Shown here: piece by piece, positions 1 to 8,995 of the stretch
Numbering within the stretch: the first letter of the stretch is position 1
Layout: the number at the start of each line of letters is the position of its first letter
Source: Syntrophorhabdales bacterium
GTDB taxonomy: Bacteria > Desulfobacterota > Syntrophorhabdia > Syntrophorhabdales > WCHB1-27
Assembly: GCA_050011095.1 (NCBI GenBank)
Contig: JBEKJU010000023.1
Location: 1 to 42,541 of the forward strand
Reading direction: 5' to 3'
DNA: 42,541 bases
The notes under the pieces: model-generated
Database searches by the model: none
What the model was told of the DNA's origin: nothing
The model's input: only the letters and a program-made list of their open reading frames with translations
Made by a program: the position numbers and the translations under genes

Positions 1-118
1 GCGTCGCCCCCTCTGTGGGCAAAGCCACGACCCGCAAGCGGGTGCCCCGAGACTCCCTGCTCAAAGACTCGCTCCGCTCGTTGTCTTGGATACCCTGCTG
101 CAAGCAGCAGGGTCATTT
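1..118. repeat. Palindrome-rich REP/MITE-like element, probably truncated by the window edge
   Basis: Stacked hairpins: GTGG-gcaaag-CCAC (15-28), ACCCG-CAAG-CGGGT (30-43) and a perfect 9-bp ACCCTGCTG-CAAG-CAGCAGGGT (92-113). The last two share a CAAG loop, with CTCGCTCCGCTCG between them. No credible ORF. Confidence 0.4.
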
Positions 119-138
119 ATTCGGATACCGCCTCCTTC

Positions 139-167
139 TTGAAGAAATGACGGGCTGCCCCTATAAT
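139..167 (+). promoter_or_regulatory. sigma70-type promoter for pncA
   Basis: TTGAAG (139-144), 17 nt, TATAAT (162-167), about 90 nt upstream of the ATG at 256. Confidence 0.55.
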
Positions 168-255
168 GGATTCGTAGGGGAGTGAGACCTGGACCGACAC
201 CCCCGAACCATGCACATAAGGCAGCAGTGCATGACTACTGAGGCAGGGGGCGGAA

Positions 256-915
256 ATGCAAGAAAAATGGGGCGCGCTCGTCGTCGACGTGCAGGGGGAT
301 TTTACCACATGGAAGAAAGGGGCGCTCGCAGCCCCGGACACCGGCGAGGACTACGTAAGGGACGTGGAGAGGGCGACGAGACGCCTGAAAGAGGCCGGCG
401 TCGTCATCCTCGGCTCCCAGGACTGGCACCCCCCGAACCATATCTCGTTCGCCTCCAACCACCCCGGAAAACAGCCTTTCGAATCGATCATCATCAACGG
501 GAGAACCCAGGTCCTCTGGCCGCCTCACTGCGTCCAGGGAACCGAACAGGCGCGGGTGCTGATCGATAACAGCCTGTTCCTGACGATTGTGAGGAAGGCG
601 CAAAACCCCGGCCGTGACGGCTACTCCGCATTTCAGGACGACGGGGGCGAAAGGACCGAGCTTCATGCCATCCTCGGGAGAAACGGGGTGGAAAGGCTGC
701 TCGTCTATGGAATAGCGACCGATTACTGCGTACGGGCCACGGCAATCGACGGGGTTGCCGCCGGGTATCAGGTGACGGTGGTGAGAGGGCTTTGCAGGGG
801 GATCGCCCCTGAGACCACGCTTCAGGCGCTCGACGAGATGAGGCAAAGGGGGGTGAGGATAGTCGAGACCCCGGAAGAGGCGGCCGGCGAGGTCGGTAGC
901 CCGAAGGCCCGGTGA
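256..915 (+). CDS. pncA: Nicotinamidase/pyrazinamidase (isochorismatase-like cysteine hydrolase)
   Basis: 219 aa with VVDVQGDF, DWHPxxHxSF, WPPHC, YSAF and IATDYCV (catalytic Cys) motifs. Confidence 0.9.
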   Translation: MQEKWGALVVDVQGDFTTWKKGALAAPDTGEDYVRDVERATRRLKEAGVVILGSQDWHPPNHISFASNHPGKQPFESIIINGRTQVLWPPHCVQGTEQARVLIDNSLFLTIVRKAQNPGRDGYSAFQDDGGERTELHAILGRNGVERLLVYGIATDYCVRATAIDGVAAGYQVTVVRGLCRGIAPETTLQALDEMRQRGVRIVETPEEAAGEVGSPKAR

Positions 916-938
916 AGCCCGAAGAAGGCGACTTGGTA

Positions 939-1175
939 TCAGCGGCGGCCTATCCGCGCTCCCAGGACCTGGCCCGCGAAAAAGGCCCCGACAAACAGGG
1001 GGAATGTCGCATAGTGCCAGCCGATTCCGGACGCGAGACGCAGGGCGATCACGAGGGGCACCGGCAGATGAACGGCGAGAAACCACCGCACCGAGAATTT
1101 TCTCACCCGTGACCGCCAATAACCGAAAGGGATGTTGAGGAGCAGCACGACCGCCGAGAGGACCGCGAGATACAT
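939..1175 (-). CDS. Small hypothetical membrane protein (about 3 TM segments)
   Basis: 78 aa, hydrophobic (LNIPFGYWR...WFLAVHLPVP...GQVLG). Lies just downstream of the MES-type gene on the same strand. Confidence 0.75.
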   Translation of the reverse strand: MYLAVLSAVVLLLNIPFGYWRSRVRKFSVRWFLAVHLPVPLVIALRLASGIGWHYATFPLFVGAFFAGQVLGARIGRR

Positions 1176-1228
1176 AGGTCCATCAGTATACTACGTCGGC
1201 CACATTTCCCGGTGAGAAAAAAGGGACA

Positions 1229-4200
1229 CTATCGGCAGGACACGAAACGGACGGTCCTCGCCGACGTGGAAACGACGTCGCCGAGCGCCTGGAGCGTCCT
1301 TTCTATCTGCTCGTCCGTGTTATCCAGCCCTAGAGAGAACCGGAGGGCGCAGTGGGCCTCCTCTTCGGTGCGACCCATCGCCAAAAGGACGTGGGACGGC
1401 TCGGGAGAGCCCGACTTGCAGGCCGAGCCGGAGGAAAAGAAGACCCCCAGGGAGTCGAGCGCTAGGACGAGCGACTCGCCCCGCATGCCCGGAAGCGTGA
1501 CATTCAGGGTATTGGGGAGCCTCTTTTCTGGGTGGCCGTTCAGTTTCACCCGCGGGACGATCCGCATGACCCCCTCGTAAAGGGCATCGCGCATCCGCCT
1601 GACCCTGTGTTCCATCTCACCCAGGCGCCGGGCGGCCAGATGGGCGGCCTTACCCATCCCCACAATACCGGGGGTATTCTCCGTTCCACCCCTCAGCCCT
1701 CCCTCCTGCTTTCCCCCGTGGATAAGGGCGGGAAGGTCGAGCCCCTTGCGGACGTAAACCGCGCCGGTCCCCTTCGGCCCGTGAAACTTGTGCCCTGAGA
1801 GCGTGAGGAAATCGACGCCCCACGCGCCCACGTCGACCGGTATCTTGCCGACGGCCTGCACCGCGTCCGTGTGAAAGAGGGCGCCCTTTTCTTTCGCGAT
1901 ACGGGCCAGCTCGGCAATCGGCTGGAGTGCGCCGGTCTCGTTGTTCGCCGCCATGATGCTCACGAGGCACGTCGCATCCGATAGGGCGTTCGACAGATCG
2001 TCAGGGCTGACAATGCCGTCGCCATCGACGGGAAGGTAAACGATCGTGAAGCCGAGCCTTTCAAGCCAGCGGCACGCGGCGATCACCGAGGGGTGCTCGA
2101 TGGAGGTCGTGATTATCCGGCCTTTGGCGCGACCGAGGGAGAGGGCGATGCCCTTGATGACGAAATTGTTCCCCTCGGAACCGCCACTCGTAAAAATGAG
2201 GCGGCGGGGCGTGCAGTTGATCAGGAGGGAGAGGCTTTTGCGGGCCTCCGCGATGGCCCCGGCCGCCTCCCTTCCAGCCGAGTAGATGCTCGATGGGTTG
2301 CCGTAGCACCCGAGGAAACCGGCCATCGCCTCCTGCACGGCCGCATCGACGGCGGTCGTCGCGTTGTGGTCCAGGTATACGGGGGCAACTGCCGGCGGGG
2401 GTTGGAGGCGGCTGTCGACCGCATACTCCCCCCGGCCCGCCACCTCTTTCATCCCGGCGCAGTCGACCCTGGTCACCTCGCACAAAAGGGCCTTGTAGGC
2501 GGGGAATCCGGAAATGGGATCGTAATTTGAGAGATCCGTTAGTTCGTTGACGCAGGCCTTTTGCCAGTCGGCCGAGCCGAGGGCGCCGCCGCCGGCCCCG
2601 CTTGCCTCCACCGCGCCCGCTACGATATCGTCGCTCACCCGGGCGTACATCTCGACCTCTCCCCGCAATGTCCGGATCAGGACCTTGTCCCCATTACCGA
2701 TCCCCCGCGCCAGGGCATCGCTGCGGTTCATCATGACCCTAGGCGCCGGCAGTTCCCTCGCGAGGGAGGCCACGGAGTGATGCAGGGTGTGGAGGTCGAT
2801 GTTGTGGCGTGCCCCGGAATTGAAGACGAGGGGGAACCGCGCGGCCAGCGCGGGGTTGGAGGCGGGGCTCTCGCGGGGCTCGGCGTAGCGGGGCAGGGGC
2901 TCGTAGCCGTATTCCTCGAGCAGGGAGGAGGCGATCTCGAACCTTCCGCTCGGTGTCTCGAAACCCGGCTTGCCATCGTCCCTGAGCAGACCCTTCTCCC
3001 ACTTTCTGTACTGCATCATCGCGGGCGGAACCTGCACCATACCCCCGGCCCTTTTCACGTCGTCCAGGGTGAACCCGGAGCCGGAAAGCACGTGGGAGAG
3101 CAGTGCTTCCGTGTCTTGCGGGTAGAGATGGCCGTACCCGAGGCGGCGTGCCAGTTCGGAGAGGATGAAAAAATCATAGCGGGCCTCGCCGACGGGTTCG
3201 ACGAGTCGCTCCCGTATCCTGAAGACGGAATCGTAGACCACGTAGGACTCCGCTTCGTAGTACGTCGACGCGGGGAGTACGATATCGGCGTAGGCCATGT
3301 CGGATGTCCACTGACGGTCGATGCAGACGAGAAAGTCGAGGCCTCCCAGGGTCTTTCGCCAGATGGCCGATTGGGGCCACGACGTGATGATCGATGCCCC
3401 GAGGCTTATGAGCATCCTGATAGGATAGGGGTCGCCCTGGAGGACCGCCCGGGGAAGGGCGATGGCGTGGAACTCGCCCCGGTATCGGGTATAGAGGGGA
3501 AACTCGTTGTGGCCGGCCGCCTTTTGGGCATCCGGGTTGGCGACGAGGCCCTTCCGGTTGAGGGAAAACCTGTTCTGCCTCATCTTGAAGCACTGGCCGC
3601 CGGGGACGTCCAACTGGCCCGCGAGGGCCAGAAGGGTGAGGACCGCCCTCACGGTCTGCACCCCGTTGCCGTTGTATTCGAGACCGCTGTACATGACGGG
3701 CGCGACACCGTCGGCCTGTGCCATCCGCCTCGCGAGAGAGCGGACCGTGTCGGCGGGCACCCCCGTGACGCCTTCCACGTAGTCCGGCCTGAAGTGCTGC
3801 ACGTATTGCGAGAAGGCGTCGAAGCCCGTCACCCAGTTTTTGACGAAGGCCTCATCGTAGAGCTCCTCCTCGATCAGGACGTTGCACATGCCTAGGGCCA
3901 GGGCGGCGTCCGTGCCGGGCCGGAGGGGAATCCACGTGGCGCGCGGGTATCTCGCCACCGCGGTCTTCCGGGGATCGATGACGACGATCTCGGCGCCACG
4001 TCCGTGGGCCGCCTCGATCTTCAGGAAGTCGTCCGGCGGGCAATGGGCGGCCGGGTTCTTCCCCCATACCACGATGAGCCTCGCGTGCTCGATATCGGAA
4101 AACATGTCGATATACATGCTCCCCATGGTGACGTGGGGGGCGATCATGGCGAAGGCCACGTAGCAGAGCGCCCCGACGCCGAGCGTGTTCGGGGAGCCGA

Positions 4201-4615
4201 AGGGGAAGAGGACGCTCGACGCCGACGAGACGGCGACGCCTTCCGGCTGGTACACGTCGCACAGGGCGCGGTCGAAGCTTCCGCTTCCCGTGTAGACGGC
4301 GGCCGCCTCGGGACCCGATTCTTTCTTTATCCGATTCAGCTTCGCGACGATCTCATCATACGCCTCGTCCCATGAGATGCGCGTGAACTCGTAGGTCCCT
4401 TTGGGGCCGCTCCTCCGCAGGGGATAGGGAATTCTATCATGGGAGTAGACGATCTCCGGCGAGCGCTCCCCGACCCTGCAGATCATCCCGAAGGGCGATT
4501 CGTTATCCGCCCTGACGGCGGTCATACGGCCTTCCCGGTCGTACGTGACGACTACCCCGCATCCGGCCGAACAGATGCCGCATACCCCGCTCTTTTCATT
4601 GTCCTGAAGGGCCAT
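1229..4615 (-). CDS. Metallopterin-dependent ergothioneine synthase (MES-type): Mo/W-bis-PGD oxidoreductase domain fused to an IscS/NifS-type cysteine desulfurase
   Basis: 1128 aa. N-terminus has CGICSAGC...C (4Fe-4S), ISWDEA, IDPRKT, LRPGTD, ADIVLPA and a C-terminal molydopterin-binding domain. From about 2380 downward it has VYLDHNATT, FTSGGSE, SIEHPSV, HTDAVQ, SGHKFHGPKG (PLP Lys) and SGSACK (catalytic Cys). Directly downstream of egtD. Confidence 0.85.
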   Translation of the reverse strand: MALQDNEKSGVCGICSAGCGVVVTYDREGRMTAVRADNESPFGMICRVGERSPEIVYSHDRIPYPLRRSGPKGTYEFTRISWDEAYDEIVAKLNRIKKESGPEAAAVYTGSGSFDRALCDVYQPEGVAVSSASSVLFPFGSPNTLGVGALCYVAFAMIAPHVTMGSMYIDMFSDIEHARLIVVWGKNPAAHCPPDDFLKIEAAHGRGAEIVVIDPRKTAVARYPRATWIPLRPGTDAALALGMCNVLIEEELYDEAFVKNWVTGFDAFSQYVQHFRPDYVEGVTGVPADTVRSLARRMAQADGVAPVMYSGLEYNGNGVQTVRAVLTLLALAGQLDVPGGQCFKMRQNRFSLNRKGLVANPDAQKAAGHNEFPLYTRYRGEFHAIALPRAVLQGDPYPIRMLISLGASIITSWPQSAIWRKTLGGLDFLVCIDRQWTSDMAYADIVLPASTYYEAESYVVYDSVFRIRERLVEPVGEARYDFFILSELARRLGYGHLYPQDTEALLSHVLSGSGFTLDDVKRAGGMVQVPPAMMQYRKWEKGLLRDDGKPGFETPSGRFEIASSLLEEYGYEPLPRYAEPRESPASNPALAARFPLVFNSGARHNIDLHTLHHSVASLARELPAPRVMMNRSDALARGIGNGDKVLIRTLRGEVEMYARVSDDIVAGAVEASGAGGGALGSADWQKACVNELTDLSNYDPISGFPAYKALLCEVTRVDCAGMKEVAGRGEYAVDSRLQPPPAVAPVYLDHNATTAVDAAVQEAMAGFLGCYGNPSSIYSAGREAAGAIAEARKSLSLLINCTPRRLIFTSGGSEGNNFVIKGIALSLGRAKGRIITTSIEHPSVIAACRWLERLGFTIVYLPVDGDGIVSPDDLSNALSDATCLVSIMAANNETGALQPIAELARIAKEKGALFHTDAVQAVGKIPVDVGAWGVDFLTLSGHKFHGPKGTGAVYVRKGLDLPALIHGGKQEGGLRGGTENTPGIVGMGKAAHLAARRLGEMEHRVRRMRDALYEGVMRIVPRVKLNGHPEKRLPNTLNVTLPGMRGESLVLALDSLGVFFSSGSACKSGSPEPSHVLLAMGRTEEEAHCALRFSLGLDNTDEQIERTLQALGDVVSTSARTVRFVSCR

Positions 4616-4641
4616 CGCATGCCTCCTTGAACGGCGTCCCC

Positions 4642-5682
4642 TTAGCCCGCGTCCATGAGAGGCGCCGGATGTCCGAAGGCGGCATCCTTGCGATACAGGC
4701 CGACCGCGAAGTATGAGGCGGGGTCTGTCCAGACGTCCAGCCGGCGGAAGCCGGCGCGTGCCGCCAGGGCGTCAAAGCCCTCAACCGTGTATTTGTACGA
4801 GCTTTCCGTGTGCATGTGCTCCGAGGGACCGAACAGGACCGACTCAGTGCCTATCCGCACCTTCTGCCCCGCGAGGCTTTCGAGGTGCATCTCCATCCGG
4901 CACTCCGCCTCGTTATACCTCGCCACGTGGCGGAACCCGCCGAGGTCGAAATCCGCGCCCAGTTCGCGGTTGAGACGGGCAAGGAGGTTCAGGTTGAATG
5001 AGGCGGTTATACCGTCGGGATCGTCGTAGGCCCGATGGAGGAGGGCGTGATCCTTCTGCAGGTCGTAGCCGATGAGGAGGGCGTCGCCTTCCTCGAGCAG
5101 GTCGTGAAACTGGCGAAGGAGCCGGCGCGCGTCGGGTGGATCGAAGTTCCCGATGCTCGAACCGGCATAGAATATGAGACGCGTGGCGGCCCGCGGCAGC
5201 AGCGGTTTGAGGCTGTCGAGCCCGGCGAGGAAATCCATGGCGACGGCGTGCACGGAGACATCGGGAAAGCTGTCCGCCACGCCGAGGGCCGCGTCCTTCA
5301 GGTACTCGGCGGAAATGTCCACGGGAACGAAGGCCGATGCCCGGTCCGTTTCGAGCAGGAGACGGCCCTTGCCGCACGCCCCCGCGCCGGGCTCGATGAT
5401 GCAGAGGTCGGGCCCGATCCTGTCGAGTATCGCGTGGCCATGCTCTTTCAGAATAGAGGTCTCCGTGCGGGTGAGGTAGTACTCGGGAAGCTCGCATATC
5501 CGGTCGAACAGCCTCGATCCTTCGGCATCGTACAGGTATTTGGGGGAAATCGTCTTCGGCACGGCCCTGAGCCCCGCGAGCACCTCCTCTTCCATTGTTC
5601 GCGCATCGACCTCGACCTTGGTGAAGTCTACCCGACATCGGGTGCCCCCGAGCCGGGCTGTTTCCATTCGGCTGATGTCCAT
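4642..5682 (-). CDS. egtD: L-histidine N-alpha-trimethyltransferase (EgtD / Methyltransf_33 family)
   Basis: 346 aa from ATG 5682 with an AGGAGG RBS at about 5691-5696. Motifs PKYLYDxxGSRLFDRICELPEYYLTRTE, IEPGAG, VDIS, GSSIGNF, AYDDPDGITASFNLN, EMHL and TESSYKY. Confidence 0.93.
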   Translation of the reverse strand: MDISRMETARLGGTRCRVDFTKVEVDARTMEEEVLAGLRAVPKTISPKYLYDAEGSRLFDRICELPEYYLTRTETSILKEHGHAILDRIGPDLCIIEPGAGACGKGRLLLETDRASAFVPVDISAEYLKDAALGVADSFPDVSVHAVAMDFLAGLDSLKPLLPRAATRLIFYAGSSIGNFDPPDARRLLRQFHDLLEEGDALLIGYDLQKDHALLHRAYDDPDGITASFNLNLLARLNRELGADFDLGGFRHVARYNEAECRMEMHLESLAGQKVRIGTESVLFGPSEHMHTESSYKYTVEGFDALAARAGFRRLDVWTDPASYFAVGLYRKDAAFGHPAPLMDAG

Positions 5683-5924
5683 GATTGACCCCTCCTGTTG
5701 CCGAAAAGAGATAGAATCGCTCTCAACGCGGGCGATGGGTTGCAAAGCGACGGAAACAGCCTCGGAAATGGGATCCAAGACGGTTCTGCAACAAAAACGG
5801 CTTGTCAGGAATATAATCACTCCCGCGGGCCGCGTGCAGGGCCCTTGCGCTTTCCGGTCCCGAGAGAGGATGGATGAAGAAGGCGCCTTTCCCGCGAGTG
5901 CCGCCGACACATAGTGATGGGTCC

Positions 5925-5951
5925 TTAAGAATACGGACGAAAGGCCGACAA
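5925..5951 (+). promoter_or_regulatory. sigma28 (FliA)-type promoter of the chemotaxis operon
   Basis: TTAAG-N14-GCCGACAA versus the consensus TAAAG-N14-GCCGATAA (one mismatch per box), 120 nt upstream of the STAS/che operon. Confidence 0.55.
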
Positions 5952-6071
5952 CTATTTCATAGGCAGGCAGGCCGTTGGCGTGCATCGCATAAGGGTGCGC
6001 CAAGGGATGGAGGCGGCGGGGAAGACTGAAGGAGGACCGGGAAAAATGTGGAGCCTTTCTAGGAGGAGCGG

Positions 6072-6377
6072 ATGATCGACTTCAGGCTGGAAGACACGAC
6101 CCAAGGGCCGACGCTCAAGCTGTGCGGTGAGCTGACGATAGAGAGCGGGGAGAGACTCAAGGCGATACTTCTGGAATCGATTGAGGGCAGCCGTTGCCTC
6201 TTCCTCGATCTCGCGGAGGTGACGGCCGTTGACGCCGCGGGTTTTCAACTCCTCTTCTCAGCCCTTGGGACCGAAGGTTACCGGATGCAGGGAGGCGACC
6301 TTGCCGGCAGTCTGCCCGAGGGGATGAGGCGGGCAGCGGTGGACGCGGGATATGCCAAGAGGGGCGGAACCGTGTGA
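6072..6377 (+). CDS. STAS-domain protein (chemotaxis-associated)
   Basis: 101 aa, LKLCGELTI...LDLAEVTAVDAAGFQLL. AGGAGG RBS; first gene before cheY. Confidence 0.85.
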   Translation: MIDFRLEDTTQGPTLKLCGELTIESGERLKAILLESIEGSRCLFLDLAEVTAVDAAGFQLLFSALGTEGYRMQGGDLAGSLPEGMRRAAVDAGYAKRGGTV

Positions 6378-6420
6378 AGATGAGGGAAGATAATGTTTCG
6401 TGAACGGGGAGGAACGATAA

Positions 6421-6786
6421 ATGGGCAAGACGATCATGACCGTCGACGACTCGGCCAGCATTCGCCAGATGGTCGGTTTCACGCTGAAGGGCGCCGGGTA
6501 TGACGTGGTGGAGGCCGTTGATGGCCGCGATGCCCTTGCCAAGTTGAACGGCAAGCCCGTTAATATGGTGATCACCGATCTTAACATGCCCAATCTTGAC
6601 GGCATAGGGTTGATTGGGGAGCTGAGAAGGAAAAGCGGCTACCGGTTTATCCCCATCGTCATGCTGACGACGGAATCTCAGGAGTCGAAAAAACAGGAAG
6701 GCAGGGCGGCAGGCGCCACAGGGTGGATCGTAAAACCCTTTAAGGCCGAACAGCTTCTCGCCGTGGTGAAGAAGGTGCTGGGATGA
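6421..6786 (+). CDS. cheY: Chemotaxis response regulator CheY
   Basis: 121 aa single receiver domain: VDDS, ITDLNMPNLDG, MLTTES, WIVKPF. Confidence 0.93.
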   Translation: MGKTIMTVDDSASIRQMVGFTLKGAGYDVVEAVDGRDALAKLNGKPVNMVITDLNMPNLDGIGLIGELRRKSGYRFIPIVMLTTESQESKKQEGRAAGATGWIVKPFKAEQLLAVVKKVLG

Positions 6787-8879
6787 ACGATGACCATAGA
6801 CAACTTTTTGAAGAAGAGGCACACGAGCTTCTCGCCGACCTCGAAAATTACTTGCTCGAGCTGGAACAGGCCCCCGATGATAAAGAGCTGATAGGCAGTA
6901 TATTCCGCGCCATGCATACCATAAAGGGGTCGGGCGCCATGTTCGGGTTTGAGGATATTGCCGCCTTCACCCACGAAGTGGAGAGCGTCTACGACAAGGT
7001 ACGGGATGGGCAGATACCCGTGACGACGGAATTGATCAACCTCACCCTTAAGGCTAGGGACCAGATCACAGTCATGTTGAAAGGTCAGGCCGAAGGCGGG
7101 TCCGCCCCCGGTATGGCCGCCCCCGAAATCATCGCCGGCCTTAAGGCGCTGACCCCTGGGGCGCCTGCCACGACGATTCTCCCCGCCCCGACACCCGGCG
7201 ACGAAGAAAAGGCCGTTATCGAGGGGGGCACCGATGCGGTCACGTACCGGATCAGGTTCGCGCCGTGCCCCGATATTTTTCTAACCGGCACCAACCCGCT
7301 TCTTCTTCTTGATGAGTTGCGCGGGCTTGGGGAATGCAAGGTGTACGCGCAGCTCGACGCGATCCCCCCATTGAAGGACCTCGATCCGGAGAAGTGCTAC
7401 ACCTCCTGGGACATTATCCTGACCACAAAACAGGGTATAAACGCGGTGAGGGATATTTTTATCTTCGTGGAGGATGACTGCGGACCGACCATAGAGGCGA
7501 TCGATCCCGAGCCCCACCGGGAGCCGGATGAGGGCTACAAGAGACTCGGCGAGATACTCGTGGAGAGAGGCGATATAAGGAAGGAGGAGTTGAGCGAGGT
7601 CCTCACCGGGAAGAAGTACCTCGGGGAGATGCTGGTGGAGAAGGGTATTACCACCCCAGACAAGGTCGGATCGGCGCTGGTCGAGCAGGAACACATCAGG
7701 ACGATGAGGGAGAAGGCCCACGCCAAGGAGGAATCGACGGCAAGCATAAGGGTCCCCGCGGAGAAGCTCGACACCCTGGTCAACCTCGTGGGGCAGCTCG
7801 TCACTGTTCAGGCCCGGCTCAATCAGACGGCCGCCCGGGCGCAGAGCAGTGAATTGACGTCCATCGCGGAGGAAGTGGAGAGCCTCACGGCGGAGCTTCG
7901 CGACAATACGCTCAATATCCGCATGCTCCCCATAGGGACGACGTTCGGGAGATTCAAACGCCTGGTGCGCGATCTGTCCAATGAGCTGGGCAAGGAGATC
8001 GACCTTGTCACCGAGGGCGCGGAAACGGAGCTTGATAAAACGGTGATCGACCGCTTGAATGATCCCCTCGTCCATATCATACGGAACGCAATCGACCACG
8101 GCATCGAGCTACCCTCGATCAGGGAGGCGCAGGGTAAGCCCGCAAAGGGCACCATTCACCTCTCTGCCTCATACTCAGGGGCATCGGTCCTCATCACGGT
8201 GAAAGACGACGGCGCGGGTCTCGACACAGAGGCAATACGGCAGAGGGCCGTCTCGAAGGGCCTCATCGCGCCGTCCGCGGAGCCGACGAAGAAGGAGCTG
8301 TTCGCCATGACCTTTGCGCCCGGTTTTTCCACCGCAAAGACGGTGACGAACGTGTCCGGCCGCGGAGTCGGCATGGATGTGGTGAGAAAGACCATCGACA
8401 CGCTGAGGGGCGCGGTCGAGGTGGAGAGCGAGCAGGGATCGGGCACATCGGTCACCTTGAAGCTTCCCCTCACCCTCGCCATTATTGACGGGCTTCTCGT
8501 GAAGGTGGGAAGCAGCTTCTTTGTCCTGCCTCTTTCCACCGTGGAGGAGTGCATTGAGCTGATCCATAAGGCAGATGAGAAAAAGAACGGTAATTGCCTG
8601 GTCAGCGTGCGGGGCCAGCTCGTTCCTTATATCCGTTTGAGGGAGACCTTCGCCGTGAAGGGCGATCTCCCGTCTATAGAGCAGATCATCATCACCGGCG
8701 CAGACTCGGGCAGGATAGGGTTCGTGGTGGACAATGTAATAGGGGAACACCAGACCGTGATAAAGACACTCGGCAAGGTCTACAGGAATGCCGAGGGCAT
8801 ATCGGGGGCGACAATCCTGGGCGACGGGAGGGTAGCGCTCATACTCGACACGAACAGGCTGGGGTGCGTGGCCTCGTGA
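6783..8879 (+). CDS. cheA: Chemotaxis histidine kinase CheA (with MshEN-like insert)
   Basis: 698 aa. Hpt FRAMHTIKG, dimerisation LDTLVNLVGQLV, HATPase IRNAIDHG, DDGAG, PGFSTA and SGRGVGMDVV, and a C-terminal CheW domain. Confidence 0.96.
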   Translation: MNDDHRQLFEEEAHELLADLENYLLELEQAPDDKELIGSIFRAMHTIKGSGAMFGFEDIAAFTHEVESVYDKVRDGQIPVTTELINLTLKARDQITVMLKGQAEGGSAPGMAAPEIIAGLKALTPGAPATTILPAPTPGDEEKAVIEGGTDAVTYRIRFAPCPDIFLTGTNPLLLLDELRGLGECKVYAQLDAIPPLKDLDPEKCYTSWDIILTTKQGINAVRDIFIFVEDDCGPTIEAIDPEPHREPDEGYKRLGEILVERGDIRKEELSEVLTGKKYLGEMLVEKGITTPDKVGSALVEQEHIRTMREKAHAKEESTASIRVPAEKLDTLVNLVGQLVTVQARLNQTAARAQSSELTSIAEEVESLTAELRDNTLNIRMLPIGTTFGRFKRLVRDLSNELGKEIDLVTEGAETELDKTVIDRLNDPLVHIIRNAIDHGIELPSIREAQGKPAKGTIHLSASYSGASVLITVKDDGAGLDTEAIRQRAVSKGLIAPSAEPTKKELFAMTFAPGFSTAKTVTNVSGRGVGMDVVRKTIDTLRGAVEVESEQGSGTSVTLKLPLTLAIIDGLLVKVGSSFFVLPLSTVEECIELIHKADEKKNGNCLVSVRGQLVPYIRLRETFAVKGDLPSIEQIIITGADSGRIGFVVDNVIGEHQTVIKTLGKVYRNAEGISGATILGDGRVALILDTNRLGCVAS

Positions 8880-8995
8880 GCGATGTTCCCACGCACCGGA
8901 TGACGAAGCTTTAGAGGCTCTGAGAAGGCGGCGGGGACGTGGCGCAAAGTGCGGCCATCCGCCTGCCCCTTGTCGTGAAAAAAGGGAGGAAACGC

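Noticed and set aside
15-50. GCAAAGCC word suggestive of a c-di-GMP-I riboswitch
   Set aside because: The upstream GCAAAC...GNRA stem and the tetraloop-receptor stem are not present.
177-215. GGGG...TGAGA...ACCC...GAACC resemblance to a TPP riboswitch
   Set aside because: No P3 before TGAGA, wrong spacing, and no CTGAT...TAAT...GCGTAGGGA half.
5683-6003. 107-aa N-terminal extension of egtD in the ORF track
   Set aside because: A strong AGGAGG RBS precedes ATG 5682, and the extension overlaps the divergent promoter region and is not protein-like.
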